Below are positions 28,219-39,321 of a DNA stretch of 55,983 nucleotides, one piece after another. The stretch lies in contig CAJFCJ010000072.1 in assembly GCA_904063045.1 (NCBI GenBank), forward strand, positions 13,517-69,499, in the 5' to 3' direction. A program made the translations under genes and the position numbers. This DNA is from Dimorphilus gyrociliatus (taxonomy: Eukaryota > Animalia > Annelida). Below the pieces are notes generated by a model, which did no database searches, was not told the origin of the DNA, and was given only the letters and a program-made list of their open reading frames with translations. How positions within the stretch are numbered: the first letter of the stretch is position 1; every line of letters begins with the position of its first letter.

Positions 28219-28426
28219 GGATACGACAGAAAACGTCCCCAAATTCATGATTTAACCCTAACCCTAACCTAGCCCTTGTCTCTCCTTAACCTTGTTGATT
28301 GCTCCTAACCCTTAGATGGAACCCCCCCTAACTATAAATCAAAAGCTACTTTACTCCTCCTAACAATTTTTCAATCCGAAATGTTTCTTTCAAAAATCTC
28401 ATTTGGGGACGTTTTCTGTTGGCCCC
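28219..28426. mobile_element. 208-bp MULE-type MITE
   Basis: Perfect 19-bp inverted repeat acagaaaacgtccccaaat (28226-28244) / atttggggacgttttctgt (28401-28419). Perfect 9-bp TSD tttcaaacc (28210-28218, 28427-28435). A partial second copy of the right end lies at ~27965-28031. Confidence 0.9.
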
Positions 28427-28696
28427 TTTCAAACCATATCACTTGTCACTTTAAATATAATTTTTTGAAAATTTTTAATTTTCACAGATATAATTTTCCT
28501 TGTTCAAAAATCTTTAAAACTCTCAACATGTGCAATAAAATACATAAAGCTGTTGTTTAAATATTCAATTTCATTACAGATCAATACTGCGTTAGTCCTA
28601 ACTGTAATTTAAGACTTTGTGCAATATTCTTGCCAGAATTCTCCAACAGGTGTTATACCATACTGAGACAAAAGTGCAGATCAATAATAGTTCAAT

Positions 28697-29144
28697 GGGG
28701 TTGGGTGCGAACGTACCCTGGGCGGGTGCAAACGTACACAAAGAATGAACAGTAAGCTACCTGCTAAAAAGTCTCTTTACATGCTGGTTGATGAGCTAAA
28801 AAAAGAGTCTGAGTTGATTGCAGTTTATGAGAAATTACTGTCAGAAAAAAGGATTTACAAACATCAAAAGAAAAAGTATATTGACATCCAAAAGAAAATT
28901 TTTGATTTATGGGATGATTTCAAGTTGAACAAATTGACATCAATTGATTTATTAATGCAGACATCCCATATCTACTCTCCAGCATAAATATCATTTGTCA
29001 AGCTTTATTCTTTTTTAGTATAATATTTAGTCTTTTAAATACATACTTTTAGATTTATAGCTAAATCTTTTATTCAAAAATTCAAAAAAAAACAAGTATA
29101 AAAATAGGGTGTGAACGTACCTGGGTACATTCGCACCCCAACTC
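28697..29144 (+). mobile_element. 448-bp deletion derivative of the 2922-5402 MULE family
   Basis: Same terminal sequence family. The internal part matches the transposase 3' end (NSKLPAK..LVDELK). Perfect 9-bp TSD tagttcaat (28688-28696, 29145-29153). Confidence 0.92.
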
Positions 29145-29574
29145 TAGTTCAATACTACTTACCTATACCAGAACTAGCCTTGTGAATATATTTGGTTAAA
29201 CAGGTAATATTTATTTCACAAATTTCTTAATTTTCTTAACTGAACAATTTTAACATGTATAAAATTTTGACTACTTTTTAAGAATAAAAATTTCATGAAA
29301 TATTTTGATGTAGAATTATACTGTAGAATTCAGTTTTCTGACAATAATATACAAAAAAAAGAATAAATATAAAAGTTACTTGAAGATCATTCAGCAGATT
29401 ATAAAATTAGTTTTAAAAACAGTTTATCAAAAAAGACAAAACAGATATCCTGAAACATCAATTAACACATTAAATTGTATTTATCCAACATATAAAAAAT
29501 ATATTAAAAAGGTATCACTGGAATGAAAATATTAATATTCCAAAAAGATACTGATGACTTAAACCAAAAACAAA

Positions 29575-30132
29575 TGTGGATATTTTTAAAATTATTTGTA
29601 ATGCGCTCAAAAAATCTTCCAACTCTTTAAAAATAATTCATCTTTACAACTGTTTATTAAATGCTAAACAAGCAGAAAGTCTGAGAAAGACATTTAAAGA
29701 GTGAAAATAATTAGTCTTTATAACTGTGAATTAAATGATGATCAAGCTGAATGTCTGGGAAAAGCATTGAAAGATTGTTCAACACTTGAAAATATTAATT
29801 TATCTTTCAATACAGATATGGGATATGGATTTAAAGTAATATGTGATGGATTCCAACCTTCTTCTAACACTTTGAAAATAATTAATTTTTCATCCTGTGC
29901 ATTAAACAATGATCAAGCTGAATTTCTGGGAAAAGCATTGAAAGAGTGTTCAACACTTGAAAATATTGATTTATCTTTCAATAATGATATGGGAAGAGGA
30001 TTTAAAGTAATATGTGATGGACTTGTATCTTCTTCAAAAACTTTGAAAGTAATTAATTGTTATTCCTGTGCATTAAGTGATGAACAAGCTAAATGCCTGA
30101 GAAAAACTTTCAAAGATTGTTCATTACTTTAA
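29575..30132 (+). pseudogene. RNI-like/NLR-type LRR-only gene, internally deleted
   Basis: Repeats of CSTLENIxLSFNxDMGxGFKVICDGL..SSxTLKxINxxxCxLxDDQA. An additional repeat upstream (29580-29700) is in a different frame. Paralog of 45380-46075. Confidence 0.78.
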
Positions 30133-30178
30133 AATTGTACACATACATTTGTCAGCTCTTTTCTATAGTAGATAAATA

Positions 30179-31000
30179 GGGGTAAAGGACAGTTGACCCG
30201 CTTTGGGACAGTTGACCCCCAGATAGTTGACCCCCATGTGAACAGTTGACCCCTAAGATGGTTAATCCTTAGACTGTTGATCATTCTAACTTGTAAAACT
30301 GTCAATCTCATGAAGTTATTGTGTACTTCAATGAAAATCATCTTTTTTGAAAGAATTGAAAGTTGATAAGCTCTTACTTTTCTTTAATTAATGTTTGAAA
30401 TATATTGTTAACAATTGTTAGCTTTTTGGATCAAAATGGATTAGAAACCAAACTCTCAAATCGTAAATCATTGATCTTAGAATAAAATTTGAAGAATAGA
30501 CTAATAATAATAAAATAAACTAAAATAATTAATTTCATATTCATGAAAATTTGTTTTTCAAAAATTATGGAAAATACAAGTTGGAAATTTCTATGAATAC
30601 ATCAGCTGTTTTATCAGCATTTGCAAATTCTTCCCAAACTAAACATTTTACCTTACAATTCCTTGTATTTCATTTTCTGTATGCTACATATCTTTTTCTC
30701 TGACAACAACTTTTCATAAAGGGCAACAATCTTTGATTCATGATTTAACTTCAAAATTAAATTGTAAAAATTAATGCTCTGTCCACAGTGACTGTTTTGT
30801 CTATGATGCCAGGATTCTACATCATTGTTGGTTCTGATGGTCACTTGGTAGATTGACCAATTATTTATTTTCCAAATATTATTTCTAATAAAGATTCTTT
30901 CAAAATAATCCAAAAAATCCAGAAATAAATTTTCTTGACAAGTTCTCTTTTAATAGCAAAAAGTTTTGTAAGAAATAAGCTAAATCTCAGAAAGGGAGGT
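30179..31000 (-). mobile_element. MULE 3' relic with tandem-repeat terminus
   Basis: Four gacagttgaccc-type units from ggggtaaagg at 30179. Transposase C-terminus WSIYQVTIRTNNDVESWH at 30653-30913. Confidence 0.65.
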
Positions 31001-31099
31001 GAGCAGATTCAGACAAAACACCAATACATTCTCATATAAGAATAGATTTTATTGATAATTATTTAAAGTCTCTAAATTAAATGGAATTTATGCCTTTAT

Positions 31100-34000
31100 G
31101 TACTCAGGTATGGTTTCACTCCTAGTCTTTATTGAATAGGGGTGAAACCATACCTGGGTGAAACCATATCTGAGTGAAATCATACCCATGGCAGGTGAAA
31201 CCATACCCATAAGAAACTTAGTTGTCTTATATTATTAAATAATAATAGTTAAACCAAAAACAATAAAAAGATTGTTAGAAAATAAAAATACAGACATTTT
31301 AAAATTGAAGAAGAAAATTAAGAAAATTATGTATTAAGATTTTCATTATGCATGTTATCTTCCATTGGAAAATATTGAATTTATTTGATAAAGAATGTTC
31401 AGCCATTTTGAATAAATGCTAATTATAATTGTTTGTTAGATAGCATTATTTATAGTGAATATTTTCAGTCATTATTGAAATATGGCAGTTAAATGTAAAA
31501 ATTGCAAGCTTGTTGTACATGGAAGACAGAAGAGAAAATCCTGTGTGCTATGCAATGAAATTATTCATCAGAAATGCATCATAAGTATCATTATATAATC
31601 CATATGATTATTATAATTATTCAGCTATTTCATTCATATTCTAAGGTGTCTGTTTGTCTGGATTGTGAAAAGGGAAAGTGCCTCCTTCAGACCATCAGAC
31701 CTGAAGGCATAGAAACTGGTGATGTGGATGGAAAACTGAAAAATTCAATTAAACATGAACATCAAAATGCAGAAAGTCTAATTGAGTTGAATGATAGTCT
31801 TTCAAATGAACCAGAGTTTGATGATGATGGAAATTATGATAGCTGCAACATGAATGAAAAAGAAATGGAAGAACATATAAATGAGGATGTCATACATGTA
31901 AATCTGAATGAACATGCAAATGTGAATGACAACTTTCAAGCAATTAAAGGTGGAATTCAGTTGGGAAAAGACATTCTAATCAATGACAGATTTTCATTTA
32001 CATTGAAAGCTAAAACTTCTAAAAGCAACATTTGGGTTTGTAGTAAAAGGACCAAAAAACAACTGCAAGAATACACCAGCAGGGGAAAATATTTATAAAG
32101 GAAAAGTTAGAACACATTCATGGTAAAAATGATGAATATGGTAGAAAACAGCCAGGATTGAAAACAGCCAGAGGCTTGATTGAAAATGGCCAGAGGTTTG
32201 ATTGAAAACGGCCAAAGACTTATTTGTATAAAGAAAATGATAAGTATGATATAGATGTTAAACAAATATTGGAAACTTGAAATGATAATAATAGTCAGAA
32301 GTGATTTATTTACTAAAACAACATGAAAAGCACCATACTAAAAATAAAGCACTAAAAGTAACTACTTGGACTAAAAGAATAACATGCATCTAATGTGAAA
32401 AATATATTTTAGAACATTTTTCTAAAATCTCAGCAGCTGTTATTTCACCATTTTTAAATTTCTCCCAAGTTTCAAATATTTCCTTTTGTATGTTTAAATA
32501 GATTTTTTTCTGTAACCTCTTTAATTTCTTTTCTGAAAGCATTTGTTGATAAATTGGAATGAGATCAGCCTCTCTTTTTAGTTCATCTATCAGATTGTAG
32601 AAAGATTTAGAATTGCCAACATTTATATTTAGCCTATTGTGGAATCCCTCAACATCATTATTTATCCTGATTGGAGATTCATAGGCTGACCAAGAAGAGG
32701 GTGTCCACATGCTATCTTCAATCCAAGTATCCTCAATATAAGTTATTAGGTCCTGCAACTTCTCAGTTGCTTTCAAATGTTGTTTTATCTAAAAAAATTC
32801 ATTTGAAATAACATCAGCAGGTAGGAATGGTAAAGCCAATAGCTTTTGCATTTCAATCCATTGCCCAAAGTGGTTTTTATATTCACCAGAATAACCCAAT
32901 TCATATGAAAACAAAAAGAAAATTAGTTTTAAAGAAAATATTCAACACAAAATGAATTTGTACTTGAATCTTTCTGAAAACTGCCTGAGTCCAATGAAAT
33001 AAACAGCCTTTTACTTCAGAATCTCGAAAATGCTTTGTAAATTCTTTCAAATGGCTCTTTCAAAATCTACCAATACTTTCTTTGGTGATTTTTCAGCAAT
33101 CAATTTTTTATAGCCTGCAGAAATATTTGTAGACTTTGGTAAAAATATTAATAATATACCTTAAATAAAAGGGGATAACAGATTTTCTTTTTTGATGATG
33201 TCATTGCAAAAAGAAGAGGAACTTATTTCAAAACACCATCTCTTTTTAGAAATGAGTGAATGGAAAACAGCTGTTTGAATGGAGGATTTACAACTTTAAA
33301 AGTTCCATCTAAAAACCACATCTTAGAAGAAGCCAGAAGTTGAAGTTGGTGATCAGTTGCAAAAATTATTATTCTTTCATCTTTTTTGTGAATATCCTCT
33401 CTGAAAAATCCATTTGGAATAAATGTAAAATTGATCAGAAAAGCTATTGATTCAGATTCCTTTGGCCTGTTTTTTCTCCTTTGATAGTTAACAATTGCTT
33501 TTGATGTTGACATCTTTGGAAAATTGGACACATTTTCATTTTCCAGGTAAGAATCTTCAACTATTCTTTTGCTGCTGACATTTAAATCTTTATTTGCTCT
33601 TTCTCTTATTTTAATGTTCATTTCTATGATCTTTTCCAAATTTGCTGTTGAAGGATGAATGTGCTGCTTAGAGCCAATTTGACAATTACCTTTATATTCA
33701 TTTATGCTTGCAGGACATTTTTTGTTTTGATTTCTCACACTGCATCTCCATATTCTAAAGTGTTCTCCATGTCCTTTTATAGTATATGAATAACCATTAT
33801 GAACCATTAATGGTTTTCCTTTTTGGCTCCCATTCTTTGAAAATTCCAAATGCTCATCTAAGTTAGCCTCATCCATTATGTCTTCAAAAGAGCTTTCTAT
33901 TTGATTTTGGGCATCAACTACATTAATATTATCTTCTTGTATGATTTCAGTTGTCATGCACTCTTCTTCATGATCAACTTCCATGATATTTTTGTTCTCT

Positions 34001-35340
34001 GGAGCAGTATGCAGGGCCTCACAATAACTTGTTAGCAATTCTCCTTCCAATTGAAATGTGGTAACAACAGCTTCTGTCATGCTATTCTCTTCCATTATTT
34101 CATCAGGAGTTGAAGCTTGGCTGTCCACTTCCATTGGATTGTTACCTTCAGTTTCTGATTGTTGAAGAAGTATGGAAATGTTATCATATTTGTTCAAAAT
34201 TACTTTTAATTGGCATTTGTTGATTGTTGTACACATTGAGCAAAAACCATCTAAAACAATAACTTTAAAACTTAATCAAAAATAATAATGAAGTGTTACC
34301 TTTTAGACATTTCAAATGAAATTTTTTCTGGCTTAGAGTGCATATGGATCCATAATTTCTATATATTTTCTTTTGGCAACAAAAGCAACAAGGAGCCATT
34401 TCAAAAGTGCTCTCATAAAACAAAACCCCTTTCTATGAAAAAGCAATCCAAAATTTTCTGAAAAAAAACTGAAAACAAGGATAAAGAAAGATGTTTGTAA
34501 TTGTAACATAAATCACACAGTAATTGTGCTATAATACATGTTTAAATTATCAAATTTATGAATATTACCTAATGGTTTCAAAGAGAAAGTTTCAAAATCA
34601 GTGAAATATACACTATCCAAAAAAAGAAACTGATAAATTTATTTACTACTGATATTATCACTCAAACCCATAAAAAATCATTTAAATCATGCAATCATAA
34701 ATATGTTAATTATTTAATAATATTATTATGTTTATCATTTTCTATATACAAATAAGTCTTTGGCCATTTTCAATCAAGCCAATGGCCGTTTTCAATCCTG
34801 GCCATTTTCTACCAGTCCCAAAATGACCATCTAACCAGACATCAGAATTAGAAAAGATTTGAAAGAAATGTGTAAAAGTGACACAAGTTCAAGTGGAAAG
34901 AGATTAGCTGAAACAATTCTGTTAAAGCACAGCAATCATACAGATTCTGTGCCAAATGTTGATTATCTGAAAAGAGTTGCTAATTTCACAAGGCAAAAAC
35001 TAAGGCCCAAAGAACAAAAGAAGTGGACTTTGATTAAAATAAAGATTCCAGATGATTTTTTGCAAGTTGATGTCTATGAAAATACAGAAAAAATTCTTAT
35101 TTTAGCTAGCAGCCACAAAATTAATTTGCTTGGTAAATCAAATCACTGGTTTATTGATGGAACATTCAAGATTGTGAAGGCTCCATTTTATCAGCTCTTA
35201 TCTATACACAGCTATGTAAAATAAGATGGAGAAATGAAACATGCTCCCATAGCATTTATCTATATGACATCAAAAAAAAGAAAAAGCTATAAAAAGGCAT
35301 TTAAGGTATAATTATGAGCAACTTATTTTCAACTTTTCAA
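31100..35340 (+). mobile_element. MULE (PHD-FLYWCH-transposase) split by a nested MULE; 3'-truncated
   Basis: ggtgaaaccatacc terminal repeats at 31105-31210. PHD MAVKCKNC..CVLC..HQKC at ~31481. FLYWCH at 31950-32133. Coding resumes at ~34828 (DLKEMCKSD..WFIDGTFKIVK), collinear with the 3755-4492 transposase. Confidence 0.85.
32134..34819 (-). mobile_element. Nested near-full-length MULE with ~110-bp TIRs; defective
   Basis: Long TIRs built of ttgaaaa(c/t)ggcca units at 32134-32250 and 34735-34819. TSD aaaatgat / aaaatgac. PHD exon at ~34399, FLYWCH and WFLDGTFKVV in 33223-34236, DFERAI..GCLFHWTQA, and RINNDVEGFHNRLN in 32390-32776. Confidence 0.92.
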
Positions 35341-35649
35341 AATGTATTTCATATTTCAGAGTATCAGAAATCCGACTGGCATGTCACAACCTTACTATAG
35401 TATCTGAAATTGTTTCTACTGGACTAAATGTCTATTTGTTGTAACTTAATTTGGAATTTCCCTATTTCAAAATCTTTATCTCATGAATATTCATTCATAA
35501 TAATGAGCTTTTAATACCTTTCTAGAATTGAAAAAAATGGCATGAATGACCACTCAGTTTGATATATTATTGAACTGATAAGATGATAGATATGAAAAAG
35601 GTGGTGTATATTTTAGACCAGTTAGTGTTGTAGTTTATCACAGATGGTT

Positions 35650-36560
35650 GCAAATACAATAATATTCTCAGTCAATAAAAGTTTTCACCAATACATTTCT
35701 CTCTTAGCATATAGCCATAGCAAAGGAAGCTAGGATCAACAATGATAGTGATAAAGTTCCCTCTTGTAATCCAAGTTTTTTCAATGTACGCATTTAAATC
35801 TCTGTACACATTTTTCTCCAGAACTTCTCTTTTTAAGGTGGAAAAAGTAGGTGGAATCACTTGAGATGGAAGAAAAGGTAGGGCTAATAATTTTCTCATC
35901 ATAGTTTGTATCTTTCTTGGTTTTATAGTCAGCTACATATCCCAAATTCTAAAAGTAGAAACAATTCTACAAGCATACTTGTATTTTTCTGAAAACAGCT
36001 TGTGTCCAATGGAACACACATCTTTGGATTGATACATCTGGGTATATAGATGATAATGCAGTCCATAATCCTGACTCAAAATCAGCAAAAAACTTTTTAG
36101 GGTAACAAAAGTTTGTGATTGTTTGAATTTCCTGCAAAATATGTTCAAGTTATAAAGTCAGATTAAATATTGTATGACTCACGTTTAGTACATGTTTATA
36201 TCCTTCCTTCTTTTTTGAAGTCATAAAAATGAATGCCAAAGGAATCTGTTTGGCTTCATCATCTTTTTTAATAAATGAATGGATGGAAAAAAGTTGAATA
36301 AATGATTGCTTCACAACTTTAAATGTGCCATCAAGATACCAAATTTGCTTTTACCTAATATCTTACATTGCTGCTCTGAGGCAAATATGATAAATCTCTC
36401 TTTCCCAAATATGATATCCCTCTGAAGAAAATCAGCATTTATCTCAAAAAGAGGATCATTTTAGTGAATGCAAGCTCATCATATAATAAAATGTCCTTTC
36501 CTCTCTGACTTAAACAAATGCTGTTTTTTCTTCTTCACTTATGTTTCTTCTTCAAATATA
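35650..36560 (-). mobile_element. MULE transposase core relic
   Basis: WYLDGTFKVVK..LFSIHSFIKK..IPLAFIFMTSKK (~36340-36190) and RKLLALPFLP..YIEKTWI (35672-35902). Confidence 0.8.
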
Positions 36561-36589
36561 TTTAAAATCTCATAGATCATTTCTTATTA

Positions 36590-37020
36590 TCATTGTCACT
36601 ATCATTATCTCATTTATTGAATGCTATTTTCCATCATATATATGCCAATAAAGAATGTGATACAGTCATATGTCAAGGTCATTATAGGTTTAAATATCTA
36701 AATTACTTTATTTATCTTACTTTTTTTCTATTCATCTAATTGGAGCATTAATTTTACATGTAAATATCATAATTATTGCAACAAAACATGCAAATGATAT
36801 TGAAATTCAAACAAATAGGATAAAAACAATTTCAAAATCTTCAACAGTAACTCTAAGCCAATTATCATTTATGGTTATGATATGGATATTTTTATCAACT
36901 TGTGGAGCCATGTTTTTTGTTACATTTTGATTTCAATCTACTCAAAATTGCAGCATATTACAGGTCAACAATGATTCTACATACAATTTTGGATCCAATT
37001 ATATAAATTCTCACTAATTC
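36590..37020 (+). pseudogene. Rhodopsin-class GPCR TM5-TM7 remnant
   Basis: Hydrophobic segments IGALILHVNIIIIA and LSFMVMIWIFLSTCGAMFFV, then in a shifted frame MILHTILDPII* (a DPxxY motif with the Tyr codon mutated to stop). Confidence 0.55.
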
Positions 37021-37419
37021 AATACTAAAATCCTCATTAATACAACTATTTAAATGTAAGAAGACTATTTTTCCAAAGGATCAAGTCAAACTGCAAAATG
37101 TTGGGTAAGAAACATAGGGTCAAGGTTAGGATTTGAGGAGAAAAATCTGTACAATTTCCCCATCCAAAATTTATTTCACTACAGTAAGAATATCTGAATG
37201 GGAAATGTCAACAAATGGTCAGATTTTGGGATATGTTAAGGGTAGGACTACATTCAAGAATATTTGTAAAATTCTATGACAAACCGAATAGTCAAAGAAT
37301 AAAAAAAAAATATAAAAATTCTGATCTATGCTGAAAGTGACAAAGATATAAAAAGTATATTTTAAAGATATTTCAATCAATCAATCAATCATAAGTGAAA
37401 AAGTTGTCATTCTGAATTT

Positions 37420-39321
37420 TCATTGGCTCAGAGATGTAGATATGACTATTACTGAAGAGAAATTGTAAGAGTTGTAAAGACAACCATAATTTCTCCAATA
37501 CAAAATGTCACCTTCCTCTAGACTTAATAAAATAGATCTTGTTATTACGTAACCTCTGTCATGTCTAGCCTGTTTTTTTGTTATAGCAATCATTTTTCCA
37601 TTTAGATACATTCTTATATCTAAAGTTTCTCTTGGTCTTGGTACAAAAGAAAATTCAATATAGTACATGCCAGATTTTTTAACCAAATATTGATTCCTTG
37701 TTATATCCCACGAATCTGTTGAATCAACGTTTATCTCTGGGAAACGTATATTTATAAATTCGTCACAAGTTTGTAGTTTACCCGAAGCCATAAAACGAGG
37801 CAAACTAGTATTTAGTCTAAAAGCACTTAGATAGGTTTCATAGTGTGAGCTAGACACAGGTGTTTTGTTTCTAGTACCAGTTCTTGATATAAAAACATCT
37901 CCAGTATTGACGTGAATAAGGGAACTCCTTGAAAATTGATCAGTTACTTGTTGCCTTCTAATATTTATCTCTAGAAATTTGTGCGTTTGTTGTACAACAT
38001 TGTTTTTTGAAATTTCAAGAATTAATTTTGTCGAATCAACTAGACCAGTACCGCTAAAACCCGCTTTCATACCCATAGAAACCAAATACCATCCACCATT
38101 CGATGCTCTAAATTCAGTTAGATCACTCTTTTCAGTGAATCCTTTCATTGCCGATATAATGGGCCATGGTATTTTTGGCTTATTAATTCTTGTACGACTA
38201 GTACAATATAAATAATTACTTGTATCATAGTGGAAACCAAGGAAAGATGTTTCTTTACCTTCTTCACTACTGTAAACATCTGTTGTAATTCCAGTTGATA
38301 GAACTGGTTGAGCAGCATTAGCCAATTCAAAAATTCCATTCCTTGAAAATGTTTCTGGACCATATGATGGTAATGCTTTACGTAAAATTCCCAATGAAAG
38401 TCCAGAATTTCTTATTCTCACGTCTATTGGTTTCAGTTTTGATGAAGTTATAATCATTGAAAAGAAATAAAATCCAGGTTTATTTATTGTTATTCTGTTT
38501 GTATTTGGGTCAAACATTCCCCCAGAATTCAAATTTACCACTGTCCAATTAAAATAGCCCTCATTGAGTGTTGTAGTTTCCTTTAATGATACCATAAAAG
38601 CAGGATTTCCTGCCACTGGACAAGGATTGGATGAGCATAATTCCGTTTGTATTGATTGACCTTTACAGTCTTTTCCACCATTCGATGGAGGAGGATTATT
38701 ACACATTCGTGTTCTTGTTCTATTCCCAACTCCACACAACTGACTACACTCGCTCCAATCTGACCAATTATTCCATCCACCATCAATAGGTTGCGATCCA
38801 CCATCAGACGACCTGCACATTTCATTCGAACACTTTTCAAAGTCATAAATTGGATTGAATTTTGTGAGAGGAGGACATTGTTGTACCCAACCATAACCAT
38901 TCAAGCAGTTGTAGTAAAAACTAGGCTCAGTAGAACTAGGGACAGTACTGTTCAAATTTGGATGGCATTCGCCAACTTTTGCACCAACTGCTTTCCCATT
39001 AAGTATGGTTTTTAGGGAGGAATTTTTCAAAATATTGATTTTGTTCAATTGGTTCTTTTTCAAAGAACATTTCGATTCACTTGGTTGTACACAAGCAAAA
39101 TATTGACATTCAGTAATAACAATCTTAAAATGTAGACCAGGAGGACATTGTTGACCATAAGCTACACCATTGTAACAATGATAGTAAACACTACAAATTG
39201 TAGGATGTCTAAATACGCCATTAATTGGTTTTTCATCCGAACCAATAGGACAAACAAAATTTGAGTTTGTCCTTTCCAATAAAGAAATTACTAAAAGTAA
39301 ACAATAAAAAGTTAATTTCAT
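37420..39321 (-). CDS. Intact intronless 633-aa secreted protein: signal peptide, 2x chitin-binding peritrophin-A (CBM14), TSP1, 3x C1q-like domains
   Basis: MKLTFYCLLLVISLL signal. Two C..YY.C..G.....CP....F repeats. DGGWNNWSDWSECSQLCGVGNRTRTRMCNNP TSP1. PAF..N.GG.FD....I..PGFYFFS and two further C1q-like units (GWYLVS; GMYYIEFS..YLNG). Confidence 0.92.
   Translation of the reverse strand: MKLTFYCLLLVISLLERTNSNFVCPIGSDEKPINGVFRHPTICSVYYHCYNGVAYGQQCPPGLHFKIVITECQYFACVQPSESKCSLKKNQLNKINILKNSSLKTILNGKAVGAKVGECHPNLNSTVPSSTEPSFYYNCLNGYGWVQQCPPLTKFNPIYDFEKCSNEMCRSSDGGSQPIDGGWNNWSDWSECSQLCGVGNRTRTRMCNNPPPSNGGKDCKGQSIQTELCSSNPCPVAGNPAFMVSLKETTTLNEGYFNWTVVNLNSGGMFDPNTNRITINKPGFYFFSMIITSSKLKPIDVRIRNSGLSLGILRKALPSYGPETFSRNGIFELANAAQPVLSTGITTDVYSSEEGKETSFLGFHYDTSNYLYCTSRTRINKPKIPWPIISAMKGFTEKSDLTEFRASNGGWYLVSMGMKAGFSGTGLVDSTKLILEISKNNVVQQTHKFLEINIRRQQVTDQFSRSSLIHVNTGDVFISRTGTRNKTPVSSSHYETYLSAFRLNTSLPRFMASGKLQTCDEFINIRFPEINVDSTDSWDITRNQYLVKKSGMYYIEFSFVPRPRETLDIRMYLNGKMIAITKKQARHDRGYVITRSILLSLEEGDILYWRNYGCLYNSYNFSSVIVISTSLSQ

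Noticed and set aside
37979-39015. Antisense and alternative-frame ORFs over the 633-aa gene, and similar ORFs opposite env and the transposases
   Set aside because: Shadow ORFs of real coding strands with no motifs.
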